From assembly GCA_016191585.1 (NCBI GenBank), contig JACPVU010000018.1, positions 1 through 44,573 on the forward strand: 44,573 nt of DNA, in the 5' to 3' direction. The notes beneath the pieces were generated by a model, which worked only from the letters and a program-made list of their open reading frames with translations, did not search any database and had not been told where the DNA came from. A program made the position numbers and the translations under genes. This document shows positions 1 through 9,204 of the stretch, piece by piece (positions within the stretch are counted from its first letter, which is position 1; each line of letters opens with the position of its first letter). This stretch comes from an archaeon. Lineage in GTDB: Archaea; Aenigmatarchaeota; Aenigmatarchaeia; GW2011-AR5.

Positions 1-78
1 CGGCGGGTCGAATGACAAGGGGCTGAGCTGACACAGGATTTTCTGCAGAGTCTTGTCGACGGCCGCCTGTTTGTTCAG

Positions 79-546
79 GTGAAGAGCATGAAAGAAAACT
101 TCAGCAATCCCGTAATCATAATAGAAGGTGAGACGCTTTTCTACGAGGACAGGAAGATACATCCAAACGCCATACGCGGCGCGCTGGCTGCAATGACTGT
201 CGATTTTTCAATACCAATAATCTGGACAAAAAACCAGCTTGAGACTGCGGAAATGCTGTTCACGATAGCAAAACGCGAACAGATGGAGATAAAAAAGAGC
301 GTTTCCCTGCGCGGCAAGAAGAAGGCAAGGTCAATGAACGAAATACAGGAGTTTTTAATAGCGGGACTGCCAAACATAAGCAGGGAGAAGGCCAAAAATC
401 TTCTGAAACGTTTCGGAACGCCTGAAAAAATCTTCACTGCGTCAGAGGATGAGCTAAAAGACGCTGAAGGCGTCGGTAAAAAACTGGCGAAAAATATCAG
501 AAAGATAGCTACTAAAAAGTATGAAAGATCTATATTGGAGGATTAG
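79..546 (+). CDS. XPF/Hef-type ERCC4 nuclease, C-terminal part (end of nuclease domain plus tandem helix-hairpin-helix); probably continues upstream off the window
   Basis: The C-terminus 'LIAGLPNISREKAKNLLKRFGTPEKIFTASEDELKDAEGVGKKLAKNI' is an (HhH)2 module. 'NPVIIIEG' and the same-frame upstream residues 'DFLQSLVDGRLFVQ' (nt 37-78) match the ERCC4 nuclease core that follows the ERK motif. An in-frame TGA at nt 13-15 interrupts the upstream reading. Confidence 0.6.
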   Translation: MKSMKENFSNPVIIIEGETLFYEDRKIHPNAIRGALAAMTVDFSIPIIWTKNQLETAEMLFTIAKREQMEIKKSVSLRGKKKARSMNEIQEFLIAGLPNISREKAKNLLKRFGTPEKIFTASEDELKDAEGVGKKLAKNIRKIATKKYERSILED

Positions 547-1850
547 ATTTCGTACTGTGATTTATTCTTGTAGCTTATGGATGACGCATAGAATGTGTTC
601 GTTCTTTCTCCTGTTGCTTTTGAATAAGTATCGTTCTTTATTTCGTAGCCCTTGATGGTTTCTGTTGGCATGAACTGATGTACAGGCTTTTCTTCCTGTA
701 CAACGTGCGGCTTGCGTACAAAAGACGGGTTTCCCAAGGCTGTCCTGAATTTCCACAATAATTGTCTGTCTTTTGTCGAGACCGCATACATATGGCCGTC
801 CCACGATCCGAAATAGACAACATCCTTGTTTAACACGGGTGATGATATAACTTCGCCGTCCGTCAGGAAACGCCATAACAGTTCGCCTGTATCACAATCC
901 AGCGCATAAATGTTATTGTCGGACGAACCTGCGTACAAAACGTCTTTTTCACAGATCGGCGACGAACTTGTTCTGTTGCCTGTCTGATATTTCCATTTTA
1001 TTTTTCCTGTTGTATTCAATGCGTATACACGGCCGTCAAAAGAACAGAAATACACATTATCCTTGTATATTGTTGCTGATGATCCGCCAATGCCATTTAC
1101 TATTGTCTTCCAAGCCAGAGAGCCGTCGTCGTTGATGCAGTAGAAATGAGAATCGTCCGATCCTACTAAAATCTTGTAGTTTTTTACCGATGGAATTTCG
1201 CTAAAGGATCTTTTTCTGAAACTGCTGATTTCATTATTATTTTTGTCTATTATAAGCGGGCTCTTTGCCGTATGCTCGCCCGTATGAAATTTCCATAGGA
1301 ATCTTCCATCTTTTGATAGTGTGTTTATGCCGCCGTTAATGTTGCCAAAAACTATGGAGTCATTAACAAGGCTGGCTGTATGAAAGAATTCCTGGTTAGG
1401 CGTCGGATATTTCCATATCTCTTTTCCGTCAATTGAAACTGCATAAAAATTGTTATTGTTAGCACCAAAGTACACATTATCATCTGCGATAGATGGCGTA
1501 GCCCAAATTTTTCCGCCTGTTAGAAACTTCCACAGCAGTTCTCCTTCAAACGATAATGCGTACAAATTATTGTCTGCTGAACCAACTACAATTGTATCTT
1601 TGTAAACAGTTGGGGACGAAAAAACAGGCGAATTTGTTTTGTAGCTCCATATTTTGTTTCCATCCGCGTCAAGAGAATAAATGTATGTATCATTGGAACC
1701 GAAAATAATCATGTCATCAGCAATTATTGGCGATGACAGTATGCTGCCTCCTGCGCTTATGTCCCAGACCCTGGAATGAACGTCTGATTTATGGGTATCT
1801 ATATGAAAATCCGAATCCTCTTTTTCTTCTATCTGCTTTTCGTATTTCAT
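543..1850 (-). CDS. PQQ-like (BamB-like) beta-propeller repeat protein
   Basis: This 435-aa ORF is built from about 8 repeats of the pattern 'D..(V/I)Y.GS.D..(L/F)YA(L/V)...G...W(K/R)'. No obvious signal peptide. Confidence 0.75.
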   Translation of the reverse strand: MKYEKQIEEKEDSDFHIDTHKSDVHSRVWDISAGGSILSSPIIADDMIIFGSNDTYIYSLDADGNKIWSYKTNSPVFSSPTVYKDTIVVGSADNNLYALSFEGELLWKFLTGGKIWATPSIADDNVYFGANNNNFYAVSIDGKEIWKYPTPNQEFFHTASLVNDSIVFGNINGGINTLSKDGRFLWKFHTGEHTAKSPLIIDKNNNEISSFRKRSFSEIPSVKNYKILVGSDDSHFYCINDDGSLAWKTIVNGIGGSSATIYKDNVYFCSFDGRVYALNTTGKIKWKYQTGNRTSSSPICEKDVLYAGSSDNNIYALDCDTGELLWRFLTDGEVISSPVLNKDVVYFGSWDGHMYAVSTKDRQLLWKFRTALGNPSFVRKPHVVQEEKPVHQFMPTETIKGYEIKNDTYSKATGERTNTFYASSISYKNKSQYEI

Positions 1851-1902
1851 GAAAATATAGCCTAATAATAGCTTAAAAATCTATCAAAACAGATTAGGCC
1901 AT

Positions 1903-2157
1903 ATGAGCTCGAGAGGCGTCAGGAACGTTATTTTCACAGTTGTCATACTTGTCATAGGTGTGGAACTGTTATGGTACGTGGCAAAAAAATACGTTTCAGA
2001 GGCGCCTGCCAGCAGCGGAACAGAAATATTGTCTTCAATGGACAGCTTCCTGAACTTGTTCGTAATTGGACTGGTCCTGATAATTTTATTGCTCATACCG
2101 ATTTATCTGTCGCAAAGATCTGAAGAGAATAAAATTTTAAGGGACGTAAGACAGTGA
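1903..2157 (+). CDS. small 2-TM membrane protein, unknown function
   Basis: Two hydrophobic helices (VIFTVVILVIGVELLWYV and FLNLFVIGLVLIILLLIPIYL). The stop overlaps the start of the next gene. A competing antisense ORF (1884..2096) is less protein-like. Confidence 0.4.
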   Translation: MSSRGVRNVIFTVVILVIGVELLWYVAKKYVSEAPASSGTEILSSMDSFLNLFVIGLVLIILLLIPIYLSQRSEENKILRDVRQ

Positions 2158-2894
2158 TTGTAATGCTTTATCTCATAGGCCTCGGCCTGAACAACGAAAA
2201 AGACCTTTCCCTGAATGCCGTGGAAACATTGAAAAAATGCAGTTCTGTTTATGCTGAGGTTTACACAAACGTGTGGCACGGCGACATAAAAAAACTGGAA
2301 AAGCTTATAGGAAAAAAGATTGCTGTACTAGAAAGGTCATCAGTAGAAAATAACTCTGTTCTTGATGATGGAAAATCAAAAAAGGTCGCGCTGCTTATTC
2401 CAGGCGACCCGCTCTCGGCAACGACTCACATAGAGCTGATAATGGAAGCGCGCAGGCGCGGCATCAGGATAAGCATCATCCATTCTGCAAGCATATACAC
2501 TGCAATAGCCGAGACAGGACTGCAACTGTATAAGTTCGGAAGATCAACTACATTGGTTATGCCACAGAAAAATTTCAATCCCTCAAGCCCGTACGAAATA
2601 ATAGCAGAAAACAAAAAGCGTGGCCTGCATACACTAGTTCTTTTAGACGTAAACCGCGAGGAAAAGAAATACATGAAGATAAAGGACGCTGTTGAAAATA
2701 TGATTAAATTCGGTTTCGATCCCAAAGAAAAAATAATTGCGTGCTGCAGGCTTGGCAGTCCTAAAGGTGTGATAAAATACGGGGTCATGCAAGAAATTTC
2801 AAAAGACAAAGAACTGGATTCTGTACCGGCTGTTATAATTTTTCCAGGTGAATTGAATTTCAAGGAAGAAGAGATGTTGGAATTGTGGAAGTAA
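2154..2894 (+). CDS. dph5: diphthine synthase (tetrapyrrole-methylase fold)
   Basis: N-terminus 'MLYLIGLGLNNEKDLSLNAVETLKKCSSVYAEVYTN', plus 'LIPGDPLSATTH' and 'YKFGRSTT', is characteristic of archaeal and eukaryotic Dph5. The likely true start is the ATG at 2163. Confidence 0.9.
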   Translation: MIVMLYLIGLGLNNEKDLSLNAVETLKKCSSVYAEVYTNVWHGDIKKLEKLIGKKIAVLERSSVENNSVLDDGKSKKVALLIPGDPLSATTHIELIMEARRRGIRISIIHSASIYTAIAETGLQLYKFGRSTTLVMPQKNFNPSSPYEIIAENKKRGLHTLVLLDVNREEKKYMKIKDAVENMIKFGFDPKEKIIACCRLGSPKGVIKYGVMQEISKDKELDSVPAVIIFPGELNFKEEEMLELWK

Positions 2895-2902
2895 AATGAT
2901 AG

Positions 2903-3160
2903 ATGATATCAATGGAAACTGAAAGAGAACTCCTGAGGCAGACGGAAAAAATGCTGAAGGACATCAAGACAAAAAGAAAAGACATGAGACTAGTTGACGA
3001 AAGCAAAAAGAACCTAGTAAAAAATCTGGACGCGTACATTTCTGATACTCAACACTTCATAGACAAGAAAGATTTTATACGGGCTTACGAGGCAATAGTC
3101 TACGCGTGGGGCATACTCGAGACTATGGAAATGGCCGGTATAGTAGAACTGTGTGACTAA
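2903..3160 (+). CDS. DUF357-like small archaeal protein
   Basis: 85 aa. The C-terminal pattern 'DAYISDTQHFIDKKDFIRAYEAIVYAWGILETMEMAG' resembles the conserved DUF357 core (recalled from memory, not searched). Confidence 0.5.
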   Translation: MISMETERELLRQTEKMLKDIKTKRKDMRLVDESKKNLVKNLDAYISDTQHFIDKKDFIRAYEAIVYAWGILETMEMAGIVELCD

Positions 3161-3695
3161 TATGAATCAGAAGCCGCCATATAAACCAATCAATCAAAAG
3201 CGATACTGCTGCGTGCCTGCGTGCATTTCTATGATTTTACATAGAAGAAATATCAATCATGGTTCCCAGGAAGAAATTGGCTATGATTTGGGTCTGGTTG
3301 TCCCAAAAGTCAGAACTGAAAAAAAGCCCGCCGCTGGATACGGGACACGGATTGGCACAAAGAAGTATTCAATAAATTCTTATTTTCGCAAAAATAATAT
3401 TGATTTAAAGGAAAAATACTTTCCTGCTGAAATCACCACAGATGTTAAAAAATTTATTATTGAAAATTTGAAAAATGGCAACGATATAATTGTCTGTTTT
3501 AACAACAAAAAATTGTATGGTGCCGGTGATTACGGTCATATTTCACTGATACAGTCCATAAATAATGAAAACATAATACTCATTGATCCTGAGAAAAACA
3601 TGCCCAAAAAACGAAAAGTCAAATTATCAAAACTGGTAGACGCAATGAAATATCACGGAAAGAAAAACAGAGGCGGTTTCTGGATAATTTACTGA
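3153..3695 (+). CDS. putative papain-fold (C39-like) cysteine peptidase
   Basis: 'QKRYCCVPACISMIL' fits a Gln-x4-Cys oxyanion/nucleophile arrangement. A later 'GDYGHISLI' could supply the His and 'LIDPE' the Asp. Assignment is by motif pattern only. Confidence 0.35.
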   Translation: MTNMNQKPPYKPINQKRYCCVPACISMILHRRNINHGSQEEIGYDLGLVVPKVRTEKKPAAGYGTRIGTKKYSINSYFRKNNIDLKEKYFPAEITTDVKKFIIENLKNGNDIIVCFNNKKLYGAGDYGHISLIQSINNENIILIDPEKNMPKKRKVKLSKLVDAMKYHGKKNRGGFWIIY

Positions 3696-3732
3696 TGCCT
3701 CTGAAATCGCTCCGTAATATTCAGGACCTTAT

Positions 3733-3918
3733 TTAGAAAGGCCCTGGTATTATATGGCGGATGAAATAGAACCAGAAAAGCGCCATGACAACAAAGCTTA
3801 TCACGCCAAAAGTTACCTTAATCAGTTTATGGTCAAGGTCGTTCCATTCCTCCTTTGATATGGAGAATAATGTTTTCATAACGCCCAAGGCGGTCTGTAT
3901 CTTTGGCATAAATATCAC
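3733..3918 (-). CDS. small membrane protein (hypothetical)
   Basis: 61-aa ORF with a C-terminal TM helix (VISFVVMALFWFYFI). It competes with the overlapping + strand ORF 3785..4003. Confidence 0.3.
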   Translation of the reverse strand: MIFMPKIQTALGVMKTLFSISKEEWNDLDHKLIKVTFGVISFVVMALFWFYFIRHIIPGPF

Positions 3919-3997
3919 AATCTATATCTCTATAATTACAAAATGCGACAAAAAATATAAAAAAGCATCTGTACGTTTCCGGGGAATGTTTAGAATA

Positions 3998-4744
3998 CTA
4001 TAGTTTCTTTATTTTACCTGGTTTTGGCTCGAAGCACAGGCCTTCGGACAAGAGCTCGTTAACGACAGAATCTATTGTTTCTTCCGGCAGCTTTGATGCT
4101 TCTAAAAGTTCCGAATAGTCGCAGCCCTGGCCTGCATCCAGTTTTTCTATCAGGCTGAGAACAGAATCCTTATTATTTACATCTTCCTTCGGGGTTTCTT
4201 CTGTTGTCTGTATCTGCAGGATCGACTCGAGCTCGTCCTCTCCTATATTTTCCCTTTCTTTTAACAGCCTCGACAGTTCTGACATATCAGCGGTCTGGCT
4301 CTTGTAGCTCATCACTATTTCGTGCTTTTTCTTCATTATTTTTTCCCTGTTCTTTATTTCCAGTTCCCTGAGCAATTGAAAATTGGGGTCGTCAACCTTT
4401 GTTATTATTTCAGGCACAAGGTAGATCTCGCCGTTGTATTCCTTGACGCGTGCTATCACGTCGACAATGTTTCCAACAGAAATATCCTCGAACATCGACA
4501 CCGCATTGAAAACCTTTGTACGTATTGTGTCTGTTCCATCGTCAAGCGTAACAGCCGCGAACTTGCCTGTATCTGAAAGGAACTTATCGACGACGGTTGC
4601 ACAAACGCGCACGCGGGACAGTCTCTGGCCTAGATTGGAAAGCACGTAGCTAGGGTCGAATCCTTCCTGTGCCACGTATTTTCCTTTTGTTATTGCACTG
4701 ATCTTCGTCTTCACCGACGTTATTCTTTTCTTCTCCATACGCAA
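3998..4744 (-). CDS. RPA32/Stn1-like OB-fold protein with an acidic linker and a C-terminal winged-helix-like tail
   Basis: OB-fold signature 'RVRVCATVVDKFLSDTGKFAAVTLDDGTDTIRTKVF...GNIVDVIARVKEYNGEIYLVPE'. It lies directly downstream of mcm on the same strand. Confidence 0.55.
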   Translation of the reverse strand: MRMEKKRITSVKTKISAITKGKYVAQEGFDPSYVLSNLGQRLSRVRVCATVVDKFLSDTGKFAAVTLDDGTDTIRTKVFNAVSMFEDISVGNIVDVIARVKEYNGEIYLVPEIITKVDDPNFQLLRELEIKNREKIMKKKHEIVMSYKSQTADMSELSRLLKERENIGEDELESILQIQTTEETPKEDVNNKDSVLSLIEKLDAGQGCDYSELLEASKLPEETIDSVVNELLSEGLCFEPKPGKIKKL

Positions 4745-4770
4745 GACACCTACGGTTTCTTACCGTTCTA

Positions 4771-4896
4771 TCTTCCCTTATTATTTTTCTTGATCAATCT
4801 TCTTTCTCAAAGAAGATTGTAAAGGTCTTGATGAACCCCAAAAGAAAAGAGTTCCAATTCCTCATCTTCCCTTATTATTTTCTTGATCAAATCTTT
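4771..4896. repeat. dispersed structured intergenic repeat, copy 1 (modules X-Y-X)
   Basis: 'TCTTCCCTTATTATTTTTCTTGATCAATCTTC' at 4771-4803 is repeated at 4865-4896. It contains the hairpin CAATCTTC/GAAGATTG and the module 'AAGGTCTTGATGAACCCCAAAAGAA', which is shared with 12436-12470 and 15226-15262. Confidence 0.8.
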
Positions 4897-4924
4897 GTTT
4901 ACTATTACCCAAACGCATTAATTG

Positions 4925-6913
4925 TTATACTTTCCTCACGTATCCAGGGCGCGGCATGAATATGGTTCCTTCCCTTGTCAGGCGGTCTATTATATCGTCT
5001 ATATCCTCGATACCCTGGTTTTCGGCTTCTGCCTTAAGGTCGTCGATAGGAATTTCCTTTCCGAGTTCCTTCTGAAGCCTTTCAATTATTTCAAGCACTA
5101 TGAATATTTTTCTCCTTTTTGTGGATGTCACGCCGCTTTCCATTTTGTCGATGTCAAATTTGCCTGTTTCAAAATCCAGGCCAAGCTGCTGCATTGAAGC
5201 TTTCATCAGCCTTATCGCACGGTCAGCGTCTTCCTTGCGGACCTTTTCGTCAAGCCTTATTTTTGCAGACGCCTCTGCCAGCCTTATCATTGCCTCGTAC
5301 TGTCGCAGCGTGATGCCGACGGATTGTACGCCTTCTGAAGGTGTCTGACTCCTTATCTGGATGTAAAAATTCTTTATTGTGTCTGCTGCTTCTGGCAGAA
5401 GTTCTATGTCTTTCACGATCTTGTTGGAAAATGCAATATACTTCTTCAGCATGTGAGTCGGCACAGGCGGTTCTATGCTATCTGGTAATGTCCTCGACGT
5501 GACTATATGAGAAGCGATTCTTTCGTCCTTTATTTTATCCGGTATGTCGCGCAATGCAAATTTCAGGTCAAATCTTGACAGCAATGTCTCAGGTATGTCA
5601 ATCTGTTCTGCGATAGGTATGTAGGCGTCAAACCTTCCGAGCTTCGGGTTAGCGCCAGCAAGCACGGCTGTCTGTGCCGGAAGCGTGGCAACGATAGATG
5701 CCTTTGCAATGCTGACCGTTTCAACTGAAGTAGCTTCGTGCATTGCAATCTGGTCGTCCCTGTTCATTTTGTCAAATTCGTCTATGGCTATGAGACCCTT
5801 GTTGCACAGTATCAATGCTCCTGCCTCAAGGACCCAGCCTCCCATTGCCTCATTTTTCACGACTGTTGCAGTGAGTCCTGCACCTGAGACTCCTGAGCCA
5901 GACACGTACCTGCCTCTTGGCACAAGGGATGAAACTAATTTCAAAAGCACGGTTTTCCCGACTCCTGGATCTCCTGTAAGAAGTATGTGAATATTTCCGC
6001 GTGTTCTTGAGCCGTCAGGAAGCACGTGGGGCACGCCGCCAAACAGCTGAAGCATGATAGATTCTTTTATGTCCTCGAAACCGTAAATTCCGGGTGCTAT
6101 CGAAGACACAAGTTTTTTGTAAATTTCAGGGTCGTTAGCCATGCCCCGTATTATTTTTTCATCAGCCATCAGTATTTCAAGCTCTTCGTATTCTATATCG
6201 CTAGATTCGATATGATTTGCTTCTATGTACATGTCCATCTTCGTTGATAATTTTCCTTTTATGCGCTTTGGCAATTCTTTTAAAGTGCCGGTTATCTTCA
6301 GCTTGCTTCCCGGGTCGGTCTTCTTCTGCATCCTCGGTGATGTCAGGTCCTCTTTCAGCTGTACGGAAATTTCACCTGGCTGTTCGCCTGAAGTGAGTTC
6401 AAACGGTTCGACCGCTACGAGCCATCTGACATCGTGCATCTTTTTTTCTAAAAGCTTGAAATCGCCCCTTCTTCCGCAGTCGCACTGCATTGGCTTCTGT
6501 ATTATGTTTGATTCCTGCATCACGTGTATCTTGGCTGTGCATTCCGGACATTCAAAAACAACCTCGTATATCTGAGGCTTTACCTCTGAAGCCGCCTTTA
6601 TTATTGTGTCTATCGTGAGAAATTTTCCAAGGTGTTTTGCGCGCAGATTCCTTATTCTTATCAACTTGCTTTCAGGCAGGTTGCGGATGCGCACGTGTAT
6701 CTTTTCGTTTATTGTTCTTTCGGCTGCCTCGTCCAATGCCTTCAGAATATCATCAGGCGCTTCAAAAAGCTGGTCTGAAATTATAGGATCAAACCTGTCC
6801 AGGATAGAAAAATCCACAGTCAATGACCGGTCGTCCTTTGACGCCTTTATCAGGTCAGAATAGTAATATTCGCGAATGAATTCTTCCATCCTTTCAACGT
6901 TATCCATAACCAC
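4925..6913 (-). CDS. mcm: MCM replicative helicase
   Basis: 662 aa. Zn finger 'CPECTAKIHV...CDCG', Walker A 'GDPGVGKT', Walker B 'IDEFDKM', arginine finger 'SRFDL', and a C-terminal wHTH. No intein. Confidence 0.95.
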   Translation of the reverse strand: MVMDNVERMEEFIREYYYSDLIKASKDDRSLTVDFSILDRFDPIISDQLFEAPDDILKALDEAAERTINEKIHVRIRNLPESKLIRIRNLRAKHLGKFLTIDTIIKAASEVKPQIYEVVFECPECTAKIHVMQESNIIQKPMQCDCGRRGDFKLLEKKMHDVRWLVAVEPFELTSGEQPGEISVQLKEDLTSPRMQKKTDPGSKLKITGTLKELPKRIKGKLSTKMDMYIEANHIESSDIEYEELEILMADEKIIRGMANDPEIYKKLVSSIAPGIYGFEDIKESIMLQLFGGVPHVLPDGSRTRGNIHILLTGDPGVGKTVLLKLVSSLVPRGRYVSGSGVSGAGLTATVVKNEAMGGWVLEAGALILCNKGLIAIDEFDKMNRDDQIAMHEATSVETVSIAKASIVATLPAQTAVLAGANPKLGRFDAYIPIAEQIDIPETLLSRFDLKFALRDIPDKIKDERIASHIVTSRTLPDSIEPPVPTHMLKKYIAFSNKIVKDIELLPEAADTIKNFYIQIRSQTPSEGVQSVGITLRQYEAMIRLAEASAKIRLDEKVRKEDADRAIRLMKASMQQLGLDFETGKFDIDKMESGVTSTKRRKIFIVLEIIERLQKELGKEIPIDDLKAEAENQGIEDIDDIIDRLTREGTIFMPRPGYVRKV

Positions 6914-7023
6914 ACCTTATCTGGTAAGAAAATACAGATTTAGACTTTATAAGACAATACGCCACTGTTTCCTGTATTTCATGTGGAAAAGAAGAAAACA
7001 AGGAATTAGTCCAATAAACGATA

Positions 7024-7428
7024 TTAGTAATTTATCGTTACTATAATTTTTCTTTCCCTTTCCTTGGTGTCGAATTCCCATAGCAGGATGCTTTGCCATG
7101 TTCCAAGGATGAGTTCGCTGTTCGATACCGGTATCGTCAAATGCTGCGAAAGCATAGAAGATTTTATGTGGGAAAAGGCGTTCTCAGGATGCTGGTAAAA
7201 TTTTTTCTCTGGCGCGACTGCGTTGAAGGTGTTGCGAAAGTCCTCGAAAAGCATCCTGTTGTTCTCGTTTATCATCATTCCTGCTGTTGTCGCAGAAAGA
7301 AATATGCTGCAAGTGCCTTCCTTTATCTTCGAAGCCTTCAGAACAGCCTTTACGTTGTTGGTGATGTCGTAAATGCTGTCCGAGCTTGTTTTCAGTTCAA
7401 AAATATCCCTGTAAAGCATACAAATCAC
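7024..7428 (-). CDS. YjbQ/UPF0047 family protein (secondary thiamine-phosphate synthase-like)
   Basis: 'DITNNV...EGTCSIFLSATTAGMMINEN' and 'LILGTWQSILLWEFD' are typical of UPF0047. Confidence 0.8.
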   Translation of the reverse strand: MICMLYRDIFELKTSSDSIYDITNNVKAVLKASKIKEGTCSIFLSATTAGMMINENNRMLFEDFRNTFNAVAPEKKFYQHPENAFSHIKSSMLSQHLTIPVSNSELILGTWQSILLWEFDTKERERKIIVTINY

Positions 7429-7507
7429 TATTTAAGTATTTTTCTCCATACTTAATTTGAATTAAGAGGATAAATATCTTTTTTTGAAATGCTTTGGCTG
7501 TGGTTGA

Positions 7508-8056
7508 ATGGTTGAAAAAATAAAGGTCGAAAATGTTGTTGCTTCTACTGACATAAAAAAGATAATATCCCTTGACAAGCTTTTAGGCGTTTTAGAGGCG
7601 AGTGAATACGAGCCAGAGCAGTTTCCCGGATTGGTATTCAGGCTTGACGAGCCTAAAGTCGCTACTTTGATATTCAGGTCGGGAAAAATAATCTGTGTGG
7701 GTGCAAGGAGCACTGCAGCCGCGAAACTGGCGTTGAAAATAACCGTCGGGAAGATAAAAAAAATCGGCATAAGGTTCAACGAGAACAACATCAAGGTAAA
7801 AATAGAGAATATAGTGGTTGCAATAAACCTCGGGCATGAACTTAACCTTGATCAACTGGCTTTCCAGTTGGAAAACAGCGAATACGAGCCTGAGCAGTTC
7901 CCTGGTCTTGTTTATAGAATATATGAGCCAAAAGTCGCGTTCCTGCTTTTCTCATCGGGCCGCGCTGTGTGCGCAGGAGCCAAATCACTGGACGCCGTGA
8001 AGAAGGCAGTGAAGAAACTGGAAGCGACGCTGCGTACGCTGAAAAGCTCGAAATAA
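7508..8056 (+). CDS. tbp: TATA-box binding protein
   Basis: Two internal repeats, each with 'ENVVAS/ENIVVA ... EYEPEQFPGLV(F/Y)R ... PKVA.L(I/L)F.SG(K/R)..C.GA(R/K)S'. Confidence 0.95.
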   Translation: MVEKIKVENVVASTDIKKIISLDKLLGVLEASEYEPEQFPGLVFRLDEPKVATLIFRSGKIICVGARSTAAAKLALKITVGKIKKIGIRFNENNIKVKIENIVVAINLGHELNLDQLAFQLENSEYEPEQFPGLVYRIYEPKVAFLLFSSGRAVCAGAKSLDAVKKAVKKLEATLRTLKSSK

Positions 8057-8118
8057 ATATTTCTAGAATTTGTTAAAGAACCTGCCGTGTCTTTATAAGC
8101 ATTTTCTGCTTTGTAAAA

Positions 8119-8793
8119 GTGATAATCATGTTGTTGTCAGCGTTAGTGAGCGGCGGGAAAGATTCGGTGTACGCAATGTACTTGGCAATGAAATCAGGTC
8201 ATGAAATAAAGAACATAATTTCTGTAATGTCCGAAAATGCAGAGAGCTACATGTTTCATACTCATAATATAGACCTTGTCAAAGAACAGGCCAATCTAAT
8301 GGGTATTCCTATTGTCGAGAAGCATACGAAAGGTGTAAAAGAAGAAGAACTAGATGATTTGAAACAGGTAATAAGCGAACAGAATGTAGACGGTGTAGTT
8401 ACAGGCGCTGTCGAAAGCAACTACCAGTTTGACAGAATAGAAAAAATTTGCAATGACCTTGGCATAGAATCAATAGCGCCGCTGTGGCACATAGATCAGA
8501 AGCAGTATATGCTCGACATGATCAATGAAGGCTTCGAATCGATAATCGTATCTGTGGCTGCGCCGCCACTTGATGAGAAGTGGTTAGGGCGGTGTGTAGA
8601 TGAAAAGTTCGTCGATGAAATAGTGAAATTAAACAAGGATTTTGGTATATCGATAGTGGGTGAAGGCGGTGAATACGACACGCTCGTAATAAATTGCCCG
8701 ATGTTCAGAAAGGGACTATTAATAGAAGAATCGAAAACTATATGGGATACGAAGACAAGATCAGGATTTATGGTTGTTAATGCAAAACAGTGA
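8119..8793 (+). CDS. PP-loop ATPase of the MJ0570/Dph6 (diphthine-ammonia ligase) family
   Basis: N-terminal PP-loop 'ALVSGGKDSVYAMYLA', 'GAVESNYQ', and about 220 aa in length. Confidence 0.8.
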   Translation: MIIMLLSALVSGGKDSVYAMYLAMKSGHEIKNIISVMSENAESYMFHTHNIDLVKEQANLMGIPIVEKHTKGVKEEELDDLKQVISEQNVDGVVTGAVESNYQFDRIEKICNDLGIESIAPLWHIDQKQYMLDMINEGFESIIVSVAAPPLDEKWLGRCVDEKFVDEIVKLNKDFGISIVGEGGEYDTLVINCPMFRKGLLIEESKTIWDTKTRSGFMVVNAKQ

Positions 8794-9197
8794 TTTTTAT
8801 GGAATTCTACTTCAGACTATCAGAAAATGCGGACGATGAAAAGCAAAACGAATGCAAAAAATATGATAATGTCAGCATAACACCTACAACCTGGTTTTTT
8901 GATTTACAAGAAGAGCGAAGAAAAAACGTGAAAGAATACGAAAACAAGCCAAAACTTGATATAACCGAGACCAATGAGTACACCCACTGGACAGCGTGGG
9001 CCCACACAATACCGGATGAAAAAATAATAAACATAAGGCCGCCAGAATTCATCGACTACAATTTAACAGTTTTACCGCACGAGATAGTCCACAACTATTT
9101 TAAAAATTTGAGCAACGAAAGCTACGTGACGCAGATAGCACAGAGCCCGATTTTCAACAATTATATCAAGGATTGCTTCCGTTATTGTCGTCACTAA
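8790..9197 (+). CDS. hypothetical protein with an HExxH motif (possible small zinc metallopeptidase)
   Basis: 'LPHEIVHNYF' is the only recognisable motif. The likely start is the ATG at 8799. Confidence 0.35.
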   Translation: MIFMEFYFRLSENADDEKQNECKKYDNVSITPTTWFFDLQEERRKNVKEYENKPKLDITETNEYTHWTAWAHTIPDEKIINIRPPEFIDYNLTVLPHEIVHNYFKNLSNESYVTQIAQSPIFNNYIKDCFRYCRH

Positions 9198-9204
9198 ACC
9201 AAAG

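Noticed and set aside
13-15. Stop-codon (TGA) reassignment suggested by the in-frame TGA in the XPF-like frame.
   Set aside because: All other confidently identified genes terminate and read through consistently with the standard code, and TGA is used as a normal stop (for example the ORF ending at 28053). A single case at the window edge is better explained by a pseudogene or an error.
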